A DNA stretch of 63,990 nt, counting the filler. It is 6 parts of 6 records of this genome, joined end to end, with 100 filler letters (N's around TTAATTAATTAA, not from the genome) between each part and the next. Parts side by side here need not be neighbours in the genome. Positions count along the whole stretch, not along the records: positions 13,964 to 23,026 come from SRR20825010_465; positions 23,127 to 52,958 come from SRR20825010_476; 4 more parts are not named here. One strand, written 5' to 3'. A program made the translations under genes and the position numbers. Of this stretch, positions 19,891 through 28,475 are shown piece by piece. The notes under the pieces are model-generated. The model was not told the DNA's origin. It saw nothing but the letters and a program-made list of their open reading frames with translations, and searched no databases. The number at the start of each line of letters is the position of its first letter. The stretch's first letter is position 1.

Positions 19891-19989
19891 CCGGCGGTTT
19901 CTCCGCTGGAGCTATCGGGCGAGGGTGGCCGTCACTTGTCCGCAATCGGACATCGGGCCTCGATTGGGTGATCCAGCGCAGCGCGGCCG

Positions 19990-20460
19990 CTAGCCGGGCT
20001 CGCGGTGGCTGACCCAGGCGTGGGCGGGGTCGGAGACCGCATCGGGCCCGCCGGCCAGGAGCCAAGCGAGCAGTGGGGCGGGGACGAAGTTGGCCTCCGG
20101 CAGCACGGCCACCTCACACCACTCGAAAGCGAGATCCGATTCCAGGCTCGTGACGGTCTCCGGCCACGCCCCCCCGCTGTGTTCCACGTGAAACACGACA
20201 TTCCACTCGTGTCGGGGCTTGCCTTGCTGGGTGAAGACGTGTTCGTTGGCCAGGAGGAAGGCGCCGACGCGGACGCTGAGGCCGCACTCTTCGGTGAACT
20301 CGCGGGCGAGCGCTTCCGCAGCCGTCTCTCCGGGATCGACGTGGCCGCCGGGGAGGTAGGCCACATCGTGCTCGATATTCCTGCACAGCAGGACGCGGCC
20401 ATCGCGGACGGCGAGGCCTCGGGCGATGCACTCGATCTTCTTGGGTGCGCGGCTGGGCAA
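19990..20460 (-). CDS. NUDIX hydrolase
   Basis: Nudix box GGHVDPGETAAEALAREFTEECG; TTG start. Confidence 0.88.
   Translation of the reverse strand: MPSRAPKKIECIARGLAVRDGRVLLCRNIEHDVAYLPGGHVDPGETAAEALAREFTEECGLSVRVGAFLLANEHVFTQQGKPRHEWNVVFHVEHSGGAWPETVTSLESDLAFEWCEVAVLPEANFVPAPLLAWLLAGGPDAVSDPAHAWVSHREPG
20180..20195. promoter_or_regulatory. parS site inside the NUDIX gene
   Basis: TGTTCCACGTGAAACA, fits the Bacillus-type consensus TGTTNCACGTGAAACA. Confidence 0.88.
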
Positions 20461-20511
20461 GGGAGAAACTCCGTTGAGTTGGTGGTCCAGGGGTGTTCGG
20501 CTGCGGTTGAT

Positions 20512-20525
20512 CGTGTTATAACACG
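20512..20525. promoter_or_regulatory. 14-bp perfect palindrome in the divergent NUDIX/parB intergenic region
   Basis: CGTGTTATAACACG, 35 nt upstream of the parB ATG. Confidence 0.45.
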
Positions 20526-20559
20526 GCTCCTGTCCGCCGGCACTTTGAAGGATTCATCC

Positions 20560-21564
20560 ATGGCGAAACCGACCCCCAAGCCGCGCCGCCTTGGCCGCGG
20601 GCTCAGCAGCCTCATCCAACCCACAGAGCCAGTCCGGGTAGATGCTGACCAAACAAATACAAAACAAATAACCTCTTCAGGGGACTCGATGGATCCGGTC
20701 TCGGGTGCGGCATCGGGCGGGGCGGGAGCGGCGGTGGGGGAGTCGGGCGGGCTTGTCCGCTGGGTTGCGGTCGGTCGGATCGAGCCGAGCCCGTTTCAGC
20801 CCCGGCGGCATTTCGACGAGGGGGCGTTGGAGCAGCTCGCGGCTTCGATCACGCGGTCGGGGCTGATGCAGCCGATCATCGTCCGCCCGACGGCGGCGGG
20901 TTTCGAGCTGGTCGCCGGTGAGCGCCGATGGAGAGCCGCGGAGCGGGCGGGGCTCACCGAGGTGCCGGCGGTCGTCCGCGAGCTGACCGACGAGGAGGCC
21001 GCGGAGTGGGCGCTGGTCGAGAACCTGCAGCGTGAGGAGCTCAACCCGATCGAGCGCGCGCACGGACTGAAGTCATTGGCCGACCGGTTCGGTGTGAGTC
21101 ACGCGGCGTTGGGCGAGCGGCTGGGGCTTGATCGATCGACGGTGGCGAACCTGATCCGGTTGACCGAACTGGAGAGTGAGATTCAGGAGCACGTCGCTTC
21201 GGGGACGATGACGATGGGTCATGCACGGGCGTTGCTCGGTGTTCCGACTTCCGGCGCGCGGCTTGACCTGGCCAAGCGCGCGATCGCGGGGGCGTGGTCG
21301 GTGCGCCAGATCGAAGAGGCAGTGCGTAAAACAACGCACCAGGAAGCGACGGTTCCGGCGACGACGAAGGGTGAATTGCCCAATCAGCGGGCGGCGGTGA
21401 TCGCCGATCTCGAGCGACGACTGAGTGCGCATCTTGGGACGAAGGCCACCGTGACGATGCGGGGCCGCGGCAACCGCGGTCGCCTGGTCATCGAGTTTTA
21501 CAGCCTGGAAGAGTTTGAAGGCCTGATGGATCGCGTCGGCCTCACAGATGAGTCCATGGGGTAA
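20560..21564 (+). CDS. parB: ParB/Spo0J chromosome partitioning protein
   Basis: RLGRGLSSLI N-terminal peptide, PFQPRRHF, GLMQPIIVR, AGERRWRA, LVENLQREELNPIE, HTH, C-terminal dimer domain. Confidence 0.96.
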   Translation: MAKPTPKPRRLGRGLSSLIQPTEPVRVDADQTNTKQITSSGDSMDPVSGAASGGAGAAVGESGGLVRWVAVGRIEPSPFQPRRHFDEGALEQLAASITRSGLMQPIIVRPTAAGFELVAGERRWRAAERAGLTEVPAVVRELTDEEAAEWALVENLQREELNPIERAHGLKSLADRFGVSHAALGERLGLDRSTVANLIRLTELESEIQEHVASGTMTMGHARALLGVPTSGARLDLAKRAIAGAWSVRQIEEAVRKTTHQEATVPATTKGELPNQRAAVIADLERRLSAHLGTKATVTMRGRGNRGRLVIEFYSLEEFEGLMDRVGLTDESMG

Positions 21565-21655
21565 AACGCACAATCTACCGGAACGTTACGGTCCCTTGGT
21601 TGGTTGCATTACGGTGCGCGTTACGCTCAATGCGCTGTGATGCGGCGCGGGTGAT

Positions 21656-21684
21656 TTGATTCTCCGCAGCAATGTGTCCATAAT
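21656..21684 (+). promoter_or_regulatory. Sigma70-type promoter of the histone-like gene
   Basis: TTGATT-N17-CATAAT; followed by 5'-UTR hairpin ctgttgcccc...ggggcgacag and GAGAGGA RBS. Confidence 0.55.
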
Positions 21685-21786
21685 CCCTCAGACATGTCAT
21701 TTGCTCATGGGGGGAAGTCTGTTGCCCCCCTTTGTTTTTAGGGGCGACAGCAACCTTGGAATCGAAAGTCACTGAGAGGACCGTTC

Positions 21787-22362
21787 ATGGCAAAGAAGGC
21801 AAAGAAGAAGACCGCGAAGAAGTCCGCCCGGAAAGCCGGTGCCCGCAAGGTTGGTGCCCGGAAGGCCGGTGCCCGCAAGAAGGTCGCACGCAAGACGTCT
21901 GCGCCGCGTGGCGGCGGCGGGCTGCGGGCCGCGTCGGCGGGCGAGCTGCAGGCGGAGTTGCAGCGCCGGTCGCGCGACTTGGCGATGCTGGAATCGAAGC
22001 GTGACGAGTTGCTGAGCAAGGTCGAGGGCATCGACGCGGAGATCGCGGCGATCAACGGCGCGCTCGGTGTGAGCACCACGGCCCCGCGGGGCCGGCGTTC
22101 GGCGGGTCGCGCCAAGGCCGGCGCGGGGATCCGCGTGACGCGGATGGCCGGCGGTCGTCGCCCCCGCAACGACAGCAGTCTCGAGGTCGCGCTCGCCAAC
22201 ACGCTCAAGGGCAAGACCATGGGTGTGAGCGAGGTCGCGGAGGCGGTGCAGCAGGCCGGTTACAAAACGACCAGCCCCAACTTCCGCACGATCGTGAACC
22301 AGACACTGATCAAGAGCGATCTGATCAAGAAGATCGGGCGCGGGCAGTACACCGCCAAGTGA
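21787..22362 (+). CDS. Histone H1-like basic protein with coiled coil and predicted C-terminal winged helix
   Basis: K/R/A-rich N-terminus with ARKxG repeats; LQAELQRR...IDAEIAAI heptads; MGVSEVAEAVQQAGYKTTSPNFRTIVNQTL...KKIGRGQY; own promoter, RBS and terminator. Confidence 0.8.
   Translation: MAKKAKKKTAKKSARKAGARKVGARKAGARKKVARKTSAPRGGGGLRAASAGELQAELQRRSRDLAMLESKRDELLSKVEGIDAEIAAINGALGVSTTAPRGRRSAGRAKAGAGIRVTRMAGGRRPRNDSSLEVALANTLKGKTMGVSEVAEAVQQAGYKTTSPNFRTIVNQTLIKSDLIKKIGRGQYTAK
21826..21894 (+). repeat. 15-bp coding tandem repeat (ARKAG/ARKVG/ARKAG/ARKKV/ARK)
   Basis: gcccggaaagccggt gcccgcaaggttggt gcccggaaggccggt gcccgcaagaaggtc gcacgcaag. Confidence 0.85.
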
Positions 22363-22402
22363 TCAGGTGATCAACTGATCGACAGCCGAAACAGACGCAC
22401 AG

Positions 22403-22441
22403 CACCCCGCCGGGAATTTCGGCGGGGTGTGTGTGTTTTTT
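22403..22441 (+). terminator. Terminator of the histone-like gene
   Basis: caccccgccg-ggaattt-cggcggggtg then tgtgtgtttttt. Confidence 0.75.
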
Positions 22442-22504
22442 GGCCTATGGGAGTGCGCGAGAGTGGGGGCGGTTGCGCCGCGGGTCGGGCGGGTGCAGCG
22501 TCAG

Positions 22505-22537
22505 GACAACAAACAACCCGCCACTGTGGGCGGGTTG
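22505..22537 (-). terminator. Terminator of the minus-strand lipoprotein gene
   Basis: Reverse strand caacccgcc-cacagt-ggcgggttg followed by tttgttgt. Confidence 0.65.
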
Positions 22538-22573
22538 GAGGGGGATACGTGCTGGCCGCGTGAGCGGGGTGGA

Positions 22574-22861
22574 TTACCAGGGCACCGGCTCGCGGGTGAG
22601 GCGGCTGGGGCGGTCGGTGTAGAGGACCCGGCCGAGGTCCTGCCAGATCATGCGGCCGTTCTCGTCGAGCATGACGGTGAAGGCGTTGCTCATGTCGTCG
22701 GGGCGCTGGTAGAGCGTGTCGAGCTCGGGGGTCAGGTCGGCCCGGATGCGCTCGGCCTGGGCGTAGTCGGCGTTGCTGCTGGCGGTGCTGCAGCCTGTGA
22801 CAGCGGCGGCGGCCAGTGTGCCGAGGGCAAGAATAGTGATTCGCCGAACGCGGGTGGTCAT
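22574..22861 (-). CDS. Small hypothetical lipoprotein (95 aa)
   Basis: AGGAG RBS; MTTRVRRITILALGTLAAAAVTGC lipoprotein signal; ends DRPSRLTREPVPW. Confidence 0.75.
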   Translation of the reverse strand: MTTRVRRITILALGTLAAAAVTGCSTASSNADYAQAERIRADLTPELDTLYQRPDDMSNAFTVMLDENGRMIWQDLGRVLYTDRPSRLTREPVPW

Positions 22862-23026
22862 GGTTCGCTCCTGTACCGGGCGGATGGGGCTGGTGTTGTA
22901 GCGGACCCGGGCGGGGGCGTCAATACGCGATGGGTCCTGCTGCGAGGATATCCGCTCGGAAGGGGTCGGGGGTTCCAGGTCAGATAAGGGCATGGGCGGC
23001 ATGGGGATGGGTTGTGGATATTGCGA

Positions 23027-23126
23027 NNNNNNNNNNNNNNNNNNNNNNNNNNNNNNNNNNNNNNNNNNNNTTAATTAATTAANNNNNNNNNNNNNNNNNN
23101 NNNNNNNNNNNNNNNNNNNNNNNNNN
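23027..23126. other. Artificial contig linker
   Basis: N44-TTAATTAATTAA-N44. Confidence 0.98.
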
Positions 23127-23127
23127 C

Positions 23128-23865
23128 CAGATGGTGTTCCAGAACCCGTTCGATACGCTGAATCCCAGCCATACAGTCGGCTCCCAGATCGTCCGGACTC
23201 TGGAACGGTTTGGCATTGGGAAAAGCCCGAAAGACCGTACGGAGCGGATGCTGGAACTGCTCGATCTGGTCAAACTGCCGCGCGCGTTCGCCAAGCGCAT
23301 GCCGCGCCAGCTTTCAGGCGGCCAGAAACAGAGGATCGGCGTGGCCCGCGCTTTTGCCGGAGCCCCGAAGGTCGTGGTCGCGGATGAGCCGGTATCCGCG
23401 CTCGACGTCTCCGTGCAGGCAGCGGTGACGGAACTGCTGATGGATATTCAGCGAGCGTCGCGCACAACAATGCTGTTCATCAGCCATGATCTCTCCGTCG
23501 TCCGCTATATCGCGGACCGGGTGATCGTGATGTATCTCGGTCATATCGTTGAGCAGGGAACGACCGACGAGGTTTTCTCTCCGCCCTATCATCCCTATAC
23601 CGAAGCCCTGCTCTCGGCGATCCCGATCGCGGACACGAAGGTCGTGAAAAAGCATATCGTGCTGGACGGCGATATCCCGTCGGCCATGAACCCGCCGTCC
23701 GGATGCCCGTTCCAGACCCGCTGCCCGCACAAAAGCGAAGTGCCGGGGAACAGGTGCGAGACGGAACTCCCCCCAACACGGACATTAGCTGGCGGCCACC
23801 AGATCAAATGCCATCTCGCCGACGATATCCTCGACAGAATGGAACCGGTCGTCGCACTCGGCTGA
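23128..23865 (+). CDS. Oligopeptide/dipeptide ABC ATP-binding protein, C-terminal part
   Basis: VFQNP, LSGGQKQR, VADEPVSALD, ISHDL, HPYTEALL, PPSGCPFQTRCP. Confidence 0.92.
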   Translation, partial: QMVFQNPFDTLNPSHTVGSQIVRTLERFGIGKSPKDRTERMLELLDLVKLPRAFAKRMPRQLSGGQKQRIGVARAFAGAPKVVVADEPVSALDVSVQAAVTELLMDIQRASRTTMLFISHDLSVVRYIADRVIVMYLGHIVEQGTTDEVFSPPYHPYTEALLSAIPIADTKVVKKHIVLDGDIPSAMNPPSGCPFQTRCPHKSEVPGNRCETELPPTRTLAGGHQIKCHLADDILDRMEPVVALG

Positions 23866-23890
23866 GAGATCTCGCTTCCTGGGAAGATCC

Positions 23891-23930
23891 AAAAAGAAAG
23901 CGGGCGACCAAAGGCCACCCGCTTCTCTTG
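23891..23930. terminator. Probable bidirectional terminator between convergent genes
   Basis: aagcgggcgacc-aaa-ggccacccgctt with an A-run upstream and pyrimidines downstream. Confidence 0.5.
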
Positions 23931-23963
23931 ATCAATGACCCGTTACCGGGCCATTACATCTGC

Positions 23964-24440
23964 TTATGCGTCGCCCGGCAGAGCCTGGGAGACGGACTTC
24001 ACCATTTCAGTGATGCGCTTGCGCACACCGACATTGGTGATGTTGTAATAGGCACGAACCAGCTCGAGCGTTTCACGCCGCGCCATCGGGTCGTTCGGCT
24101 TTTCCTCGTAATCGGTCGTCGAAGAACCAGAGCGCACTTTGCGCGGAGAGTTCGCCGCCGTGTCGTCCGTCATGTCATCGAAGAAGAAGCTGACGGGAAC
24201 GTCGAGGATCTGCGCGATATCCCAAAGACGGGAAGCGCTGATGCGGTTGGAGCCGCGCTCGTATTTCTGGACCTGTTGAAAGGTAATATTCAGTGCCTCG
24301 CCCAGTTGCTCCTGGCTCATGCCCAAGAGAGTGCGACGCAACCGAACACGCCGTCCGACATGGACGTCAATCGCGTTATTGTTCGTTACGCGATAGTTCG
24401 GATCATCACTACCATTCAATGCTTGCTTTGCTGCGGCCAT
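23964..24440 (-). CDS. XRE-family HTH transcriptional regulator
   Basis: IDVHVGRRVRLRRTLLGMSQEQLGEALNITFQQVQKYERGSNRISASRL. Confidence 0.93.
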   Translation of the reverse strand: MAAAKQALNGSDDPNYRVTNNNAIDVHVGRRVRLRRTLLGMSQEQLGEALNITFQQVQKYERGSNRISASRLWDIAQILDVPVSFFFDDMTDDTAANSPRKVRSGSSTTDYEEKPNDPMARRETLELVRAYYNITNVGVRKRITEMVKSVSQALPGDA

Positions 24441-24919
24441 TCTCAGTCTCTAGCGGTTGAGTGAAGTTGGTTCTCAGTCACGACATTCAAGATATAGGAC
24501 CAAGAGTGCCGGGTTTCTACAACGCCTCGGTGTTATTTCCAACAAAAACTAAAGGATTCGTAGAATATTATCTGGTGACGATCAAATTAACACTAAAGAA
24601 AATTAACTATAAACCTTAACCAAACATAACAGTTCGACTTATAATTCAAAAATAAAGAAAATTACTCTTAATTTATCTTTGCTTTTTCAGAACCCCGAAA
24701 CAGAAAGCCTGATATAGCGCGATTTCCCGGGAAGTAGAAATCAAAAATAAAACACTAAAAAATTTGAACGGTCATTTCGTTATTCTCGTTTCTGTCACCT
24801 CTCATTCCAAATGCGACCACCGGCATTAACGTTTTGTCGCCGCATGGCTAGACAATTACCCCCTCAAAATGGGCACCATTACGGCAATAAAAAGGTCTTT
24901 TTTGGAGGCACGCATCACG

Positions 24920-26470
24920 ATGACCGAAGCCCCGAGCCGTACAAGAAAGCGCGAACGAACACGAAAACGTTCGGATTCGGCCAGCACGGACCGGAAGATC
25001 AGGCAGGCTGAGTGGTCCCGGTTGCGCTCCCCCTACCCACCGATGGGTATCGTCTCAGAGGATGAACTGGAAGCAATTCACACTGCATCCCTCCGTATCC
25101 TGAGCGACATCGGCATTGATTTCCTGGACGCCACCGCACGAGACATTTTGAAGCAACATGGTGCCGATGTCACAGAAGGATCCGAGCGCGTCCGCTTCGA
25201 GCCTGACATGGTGCTCGAATATGTCGCCAAGGCTCCGTCTGAATTCACCCTCCATGGCGGGCGTCCCGAACGGGATCTTGTCTTTGGCGGCAACAACCTC
25301 AATTTCGCCAGCATTGCCAGCGCCCCCTTCTGCAGCGACCTTGAGGGCGGCCGCCGGGACGGTAACTATGCCGATTTCCAGAATTTCGTCCGTATGGGCC
25401 AGACCGCGAACATCATCCATCTGTTTGGCGGCTATCCGGTCGAACCGGTGGATCTGCCGCCGCAGACCCGGCATCTGGATTGCCACTATTCCTTCCTGAC
25501 CCTGTCCGACAAGGTGCATCACGCCTATTCGCTCGGGCGCCAGCGGCCGAGCGATGCCATCGACATGCTGTGTATCGCCCGCGGCGAGACCCGTGACAGC
25601 ATCGCCAACAGGCCCGGGATGCATTCCATCATCAACACCTCCTCCCCGCTCCGCGTCGACATCCCGATGCTGCAGGGCCTGATGGAAATGAGCCGTCACG
25701 GCCAGGCCATCTGTGTCACCCCCTTCACCCTCTCCGGCGCGATGAGCCCGGTGACCATTGCCGGTGCCCTCGCCCAGCAGAACGCGGAAGCCCTCGCGGT
25801 TATTGCCTTCACCCAGATGGTCCGCGCCGGCGCGCCGGTGATCTATGGCGGCTTCACCTCGAATGTGGATATGCGCAGCGGCGCTCCCGCCTTCGGGACT
25901 CCGGAATACGCCAAGGCCGCTTTCGTCGGCGGCCAGCTCGCCCGCAAGTACGGGTTGCCCTACCGCTCGACCAACGCCAACGCCTCGAACGCGCCCGACG
26001 CCCAGACCGCCTGGGAAAGCATGATGTCGCTCTGGCCGGTTGTGCTCGGGCACACCAATCTGGTGATGCATGCCGCCGGATGGATGGAAGGCGGCCTGAC
26101 CGCATCCTTCGAGAAATTCGTGATCGATCTCGAACTCCTTCAGGGCATGGCCGCGTTTCTGCAACCGCTGGAGATCAACGAAGCCAGCCTCGGCCTGGAT
26201 GCCATCCGCGATGTTGGCCCCGGCGGGCACTTCTTCGGCACGGCGCACACGCTGGAACGTTATGAGACGGCGTTCTATCAGCCGCTGCTTTCGGACTGGC
26301 GCAATTATGAAAGCTGGGAGGAAGCCGGCAGCCCGGATGCGCTTACACGGGCGAACCGGACATACCGCGCCCTGCTGGAAGAATTCGAAGCGCCAGTGAT
26401 CGATCCCGCCATTGACGAAGAACTGAAAGCCTACATGGCCAAAAGGCGGGAAGATCCCCGTATAGAATAA
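24920..26470 (+). CDS. Trimethylamine methyltransferase (MttB) superfamily protein, non-pyrrolysine
   Basis: TPFTLSGAMSPVTIAGALAQQNAEALA, GFTSNVDMRSGAPAFGTPE, HAAGWMEGGL, VGPGGHFFG; GGAGG RBS; no in-frame TAG. Confidence 0.92.
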   Translation: MTEAPSRTRKRERTRKRSDSASTDRKIRQAEWSRLRSPYPPMGIVSEDELEAIHTASLRILSDIGIDFLDATARDILKQHGADVTEGSERVRFEPDMVLEYVAKAPSEFTLHGGRPERDLVFGGNNLNFASIASAPFCSDLEGGRRDGNYADFQNFVRMGQTANIIHLFGGYPVEPVDLPPQTRHLDCHYSFLTLSDKVHHAYSLGRQRPSDAIDMLCIARGETRDSIANRPGMHSIINTSSPLRVDIPMLQGLMEMSRHGQAICVTPFTLSGAMSPVTIAGALAQQNAEALAVIAFTQMVRAGAPVIYGGFTSNVDMRSGAPAFGTPEYAKAAFVGGQLARKYGLPYRSTNANASNAPDAQTAWESMMSLWPVVLGHTNLVMHAAGWMEGGLTASFEKFVIDLELLQGMAAFLQPLEINEASLGLDAIRDVGPGGHFFGTAHTLERYETAFYQPLLSDWRNYESWEEAGSPDALTRANRTYRALLEEFEAPVIDPAIDEELKAYMAKRREDPRIE

Positions 26471-26475
26471 AATCA

Positions 26476-26513
26476 AATAAAACGGCGGCGGACATATGAT
26501 GCTGCCGTTTATT
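26476..26513. terminator. Bidirectional terminator
   Basis: aataaaacggcggc...gctgccgtttatt between convergent mttB-like and desaturase-like genes. Confidence 0.65.
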
Positions 26514-26519
26514 ACTGGT

Positions 26520-27485
26520 TCAGGAATGTGGATGCGCCGGGTGTTCTTTTGGCCGGAACAGCCATCGCCGTGCAATCTCGCGGTATCCGCGATAGATCCG
26601 CTCCTCACGACCACCCGTCAAACGCCTCCGCAAAACCTCATAGCGCGGCAGCGCATACCAGGGCACGCCCGGGCTGGCATGGTGCGCCACATGCAGATTG
26701 TTGTTCAGGAACAGTAGGGCCAGCGGGGCTTCCGCCTCGACAATCGCCGTCCGGTCATCGGCCTCGGGTGCCGCGTGATGTTCCGCGAATGAGCGAAGCA
26801 GCAACAATCCCGTCCCCGGATAGGCAAAGCAGAGCAGATAAAGCCAGAGCGGCATGCCGCAGACACCGAAAATCCAGACCGCAAGCAGGGCCAGCCCCAC
26901 GGCATGGAAGCCCCAGTCCTTCATACGTCCCTTTCCCCGGACGAGATCCCGCGCCTCGCGCCAGAGAAACAGGCTTGCAACAAAGAGCGGCCCAAGCACA
27001 AGCCGTCCGGCGAGCGTGTTCACCGTGCGATAGAGCAGCCGCTGCGGCTCGGAAAATCGGCTCCATGCATCGGGTGTCACGTAGAAGGATTCCGGATCCT
27101 CGATCGGGTCGGTCAGATACTCATTGCGGTGATGCTTGAGATGGCTGTCACGATAGATGCCAAACGGTACCCACAGCATCAGTGGCAGCCCGGCAAGCAG
27201 AGTGTTGAGCCAGCCAATTCTGGTCGGATGGCCGTGAATAGCTTCATGCTGATAACTCGCATGCCAGGCAACCACCGGCGCCCCCAGCAGCGGCAACAGC
27301 CATATAGGCAGTGCAGCATGCCAATAGGTCAGCGCGGCAAAAAGGCCGTGAATAACGCTCCAAAGAGCGACCGTCTGCCACTCGACAGACGAGACAGTCA
27401 CGGTAAAGGCGGAGTCAACATTACCAGGAGAAACAGATATTTCCGGGATTTGCTGAGAAATCGGTGCGGGATGACGTTCAAACAT
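26520..27485 (-). CDS. Fatty acid desaturase-family membrane di-iron enzyme
   Basis: His boxes HASYQHEAIH, HLKHH, EH, NNNLHVAHH; several hydrophobic helices; start uncertain. Confidence 0.88.
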   Translation of the reverse strand: MFERHPAPISQQIPEISVSPGNVDSAFTVTVSSVEWQTVALWSVIHGLFAALTYWHAALPIWLLPLLGAPVVAWHASYQHEAIHGHPTRIGWLNTLLAGLPLMLWVPFGIYRDSHLKHHRNEYLTDPIEDPESFYVTPDAWSRFSEPQRLLYRTVNTLAGRLVLGPLFVASLFLWREARDLVRGKGRMKDWGFHAVGLALLAVWIFGVCGMPLWLYLLCFAYPGTGLLLLRSFAEHHAAPEADDRTAIVEAEAPLALLFLNNNLHVAHHASPGVPWYALPRYEVLRRRLTGGREERIYRGYREIARRWLFRPKEHPAHPHS

Positions 27486-27614
27486 GCCGTCAGGGTATGC
27501 CGCACCGCACAACCGCAACAACGAGCGTTTGCGCTATTTTTGCAGCTTATGTTGACCAAATGATGAATTTGCAGATAAAACACAACATTGCTTATTTTCC
27601 CGCCAGGAACCGCC

Positions 27615-28475
27615 TTGGACCGCCGAGACACAGTCGAAATCTTCCGGACCCGCCTTGCGGAAAGCATGGAACGCGCGGGTATGAACCGGTCCGGCCTTGC
27701 CCGGCGTGTCGGCGTTGACCGCTCGACCCTGTCCCAGTTGCTGTCAGCCGATAACGAACGCCTGCCCCGCGCGGATACCGTTGCAGCTATCGCCTCGGCC
27801 CTGCAGGTCAGCCTTGACTGGCTGCTCGGCCTAACCCAGCAGGAGCAGCTCGGCGCCGAGATCCTGCAGCGCTCGATCCATATCACCGAAGCGTCACGGG
27901 CAGCCGTGGACAAGAACATCGCCGAATGGCATGCGGAGGCCGCCGGCTACAAGATCCGGTATGTCCCAAGCAATCTGCCCGATCAGGTCAAAACACCGGA
28001 AATTCTGGCCTACGAACACGGCGTCGTGGAAGCATTCGAGCGGGACAGTGCGCTGGAACGGGCACAGGACCAGCTCGCCTACACCCGGCGCCCGGAAACC
28101 GATATCGAGATTTGCATGCCGCGGCAGGCGCTGGATGATTTCGCCGCCGGCGCCGGTATCTGGCACGATCTCGCGCCTACGCTCCGATACGAGCAGCTAC
28201 GCTATATGCGGCAGCTGCATGATGAGCTGTATCCCAGAATGCGCCTCTACCTGTTCGATGGGCGTCGGGTATACTCCGCCCCGCTGACCATCTTCGGCCC
28301 GCTGCGCGCCTCGCTCTTCCTTGGCCAGAGTTTCTTTGTCTTCAACACCACCGAGCATATCCGCACACTGACCCGTCATTTCGATCAGTTGATCCGCGAC
28401 GCAGTCGTTCAGAGCCATGCCCTGGACGATTATATCGATGGGCTGCTCTCACGCTTTCCGGAACACACCGCCTGA
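27615..28475 (+). CDS. XRE-family HTH regulator with large C-terminal domain
   Basis: MNRSGLARRVGVDRSTLSQLL...VSLDWLLG HTH; TTG start after AGGA (track start 27588). Confidence 0.85.
   Translation: MDRRDTVEIFRTRLAESMERAGMNRSGLARRVGVDRSTLSQLLSADNERLPRADTVAAIASALQVSLDWLLGLTQQEQLGAEILQRSIHITEASRAAVDKNIAEWHAEAAGYKIRYVPSNLPDQVKTPEILAYEHGVVEAFERDSALERAQDQLAYTRRPETDIEICMPRQALDDFAAGAGIWHDLAPTLRYEQLRYMRQLHDELYPRMRLYLFDGRRVYSAPLTIFGPLRASLFLGQSFFVFNTTEHIRTLTRHFDQLIRDAVVQSHALDDYIDGLLSRFPEHTA

Noticed and set aside
23013-23021. DnaA-box-like TGTGGATAT at the end of contig 2
   Set aside because: Single site with one mismatch at a contig edge; not enough to call oriC
24920-26470. Pyrrolysine recoding in the MttB-family gene
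   Set aside because: The ORF is uninterrupted with no in-frame TAG, and no pyl genes are present
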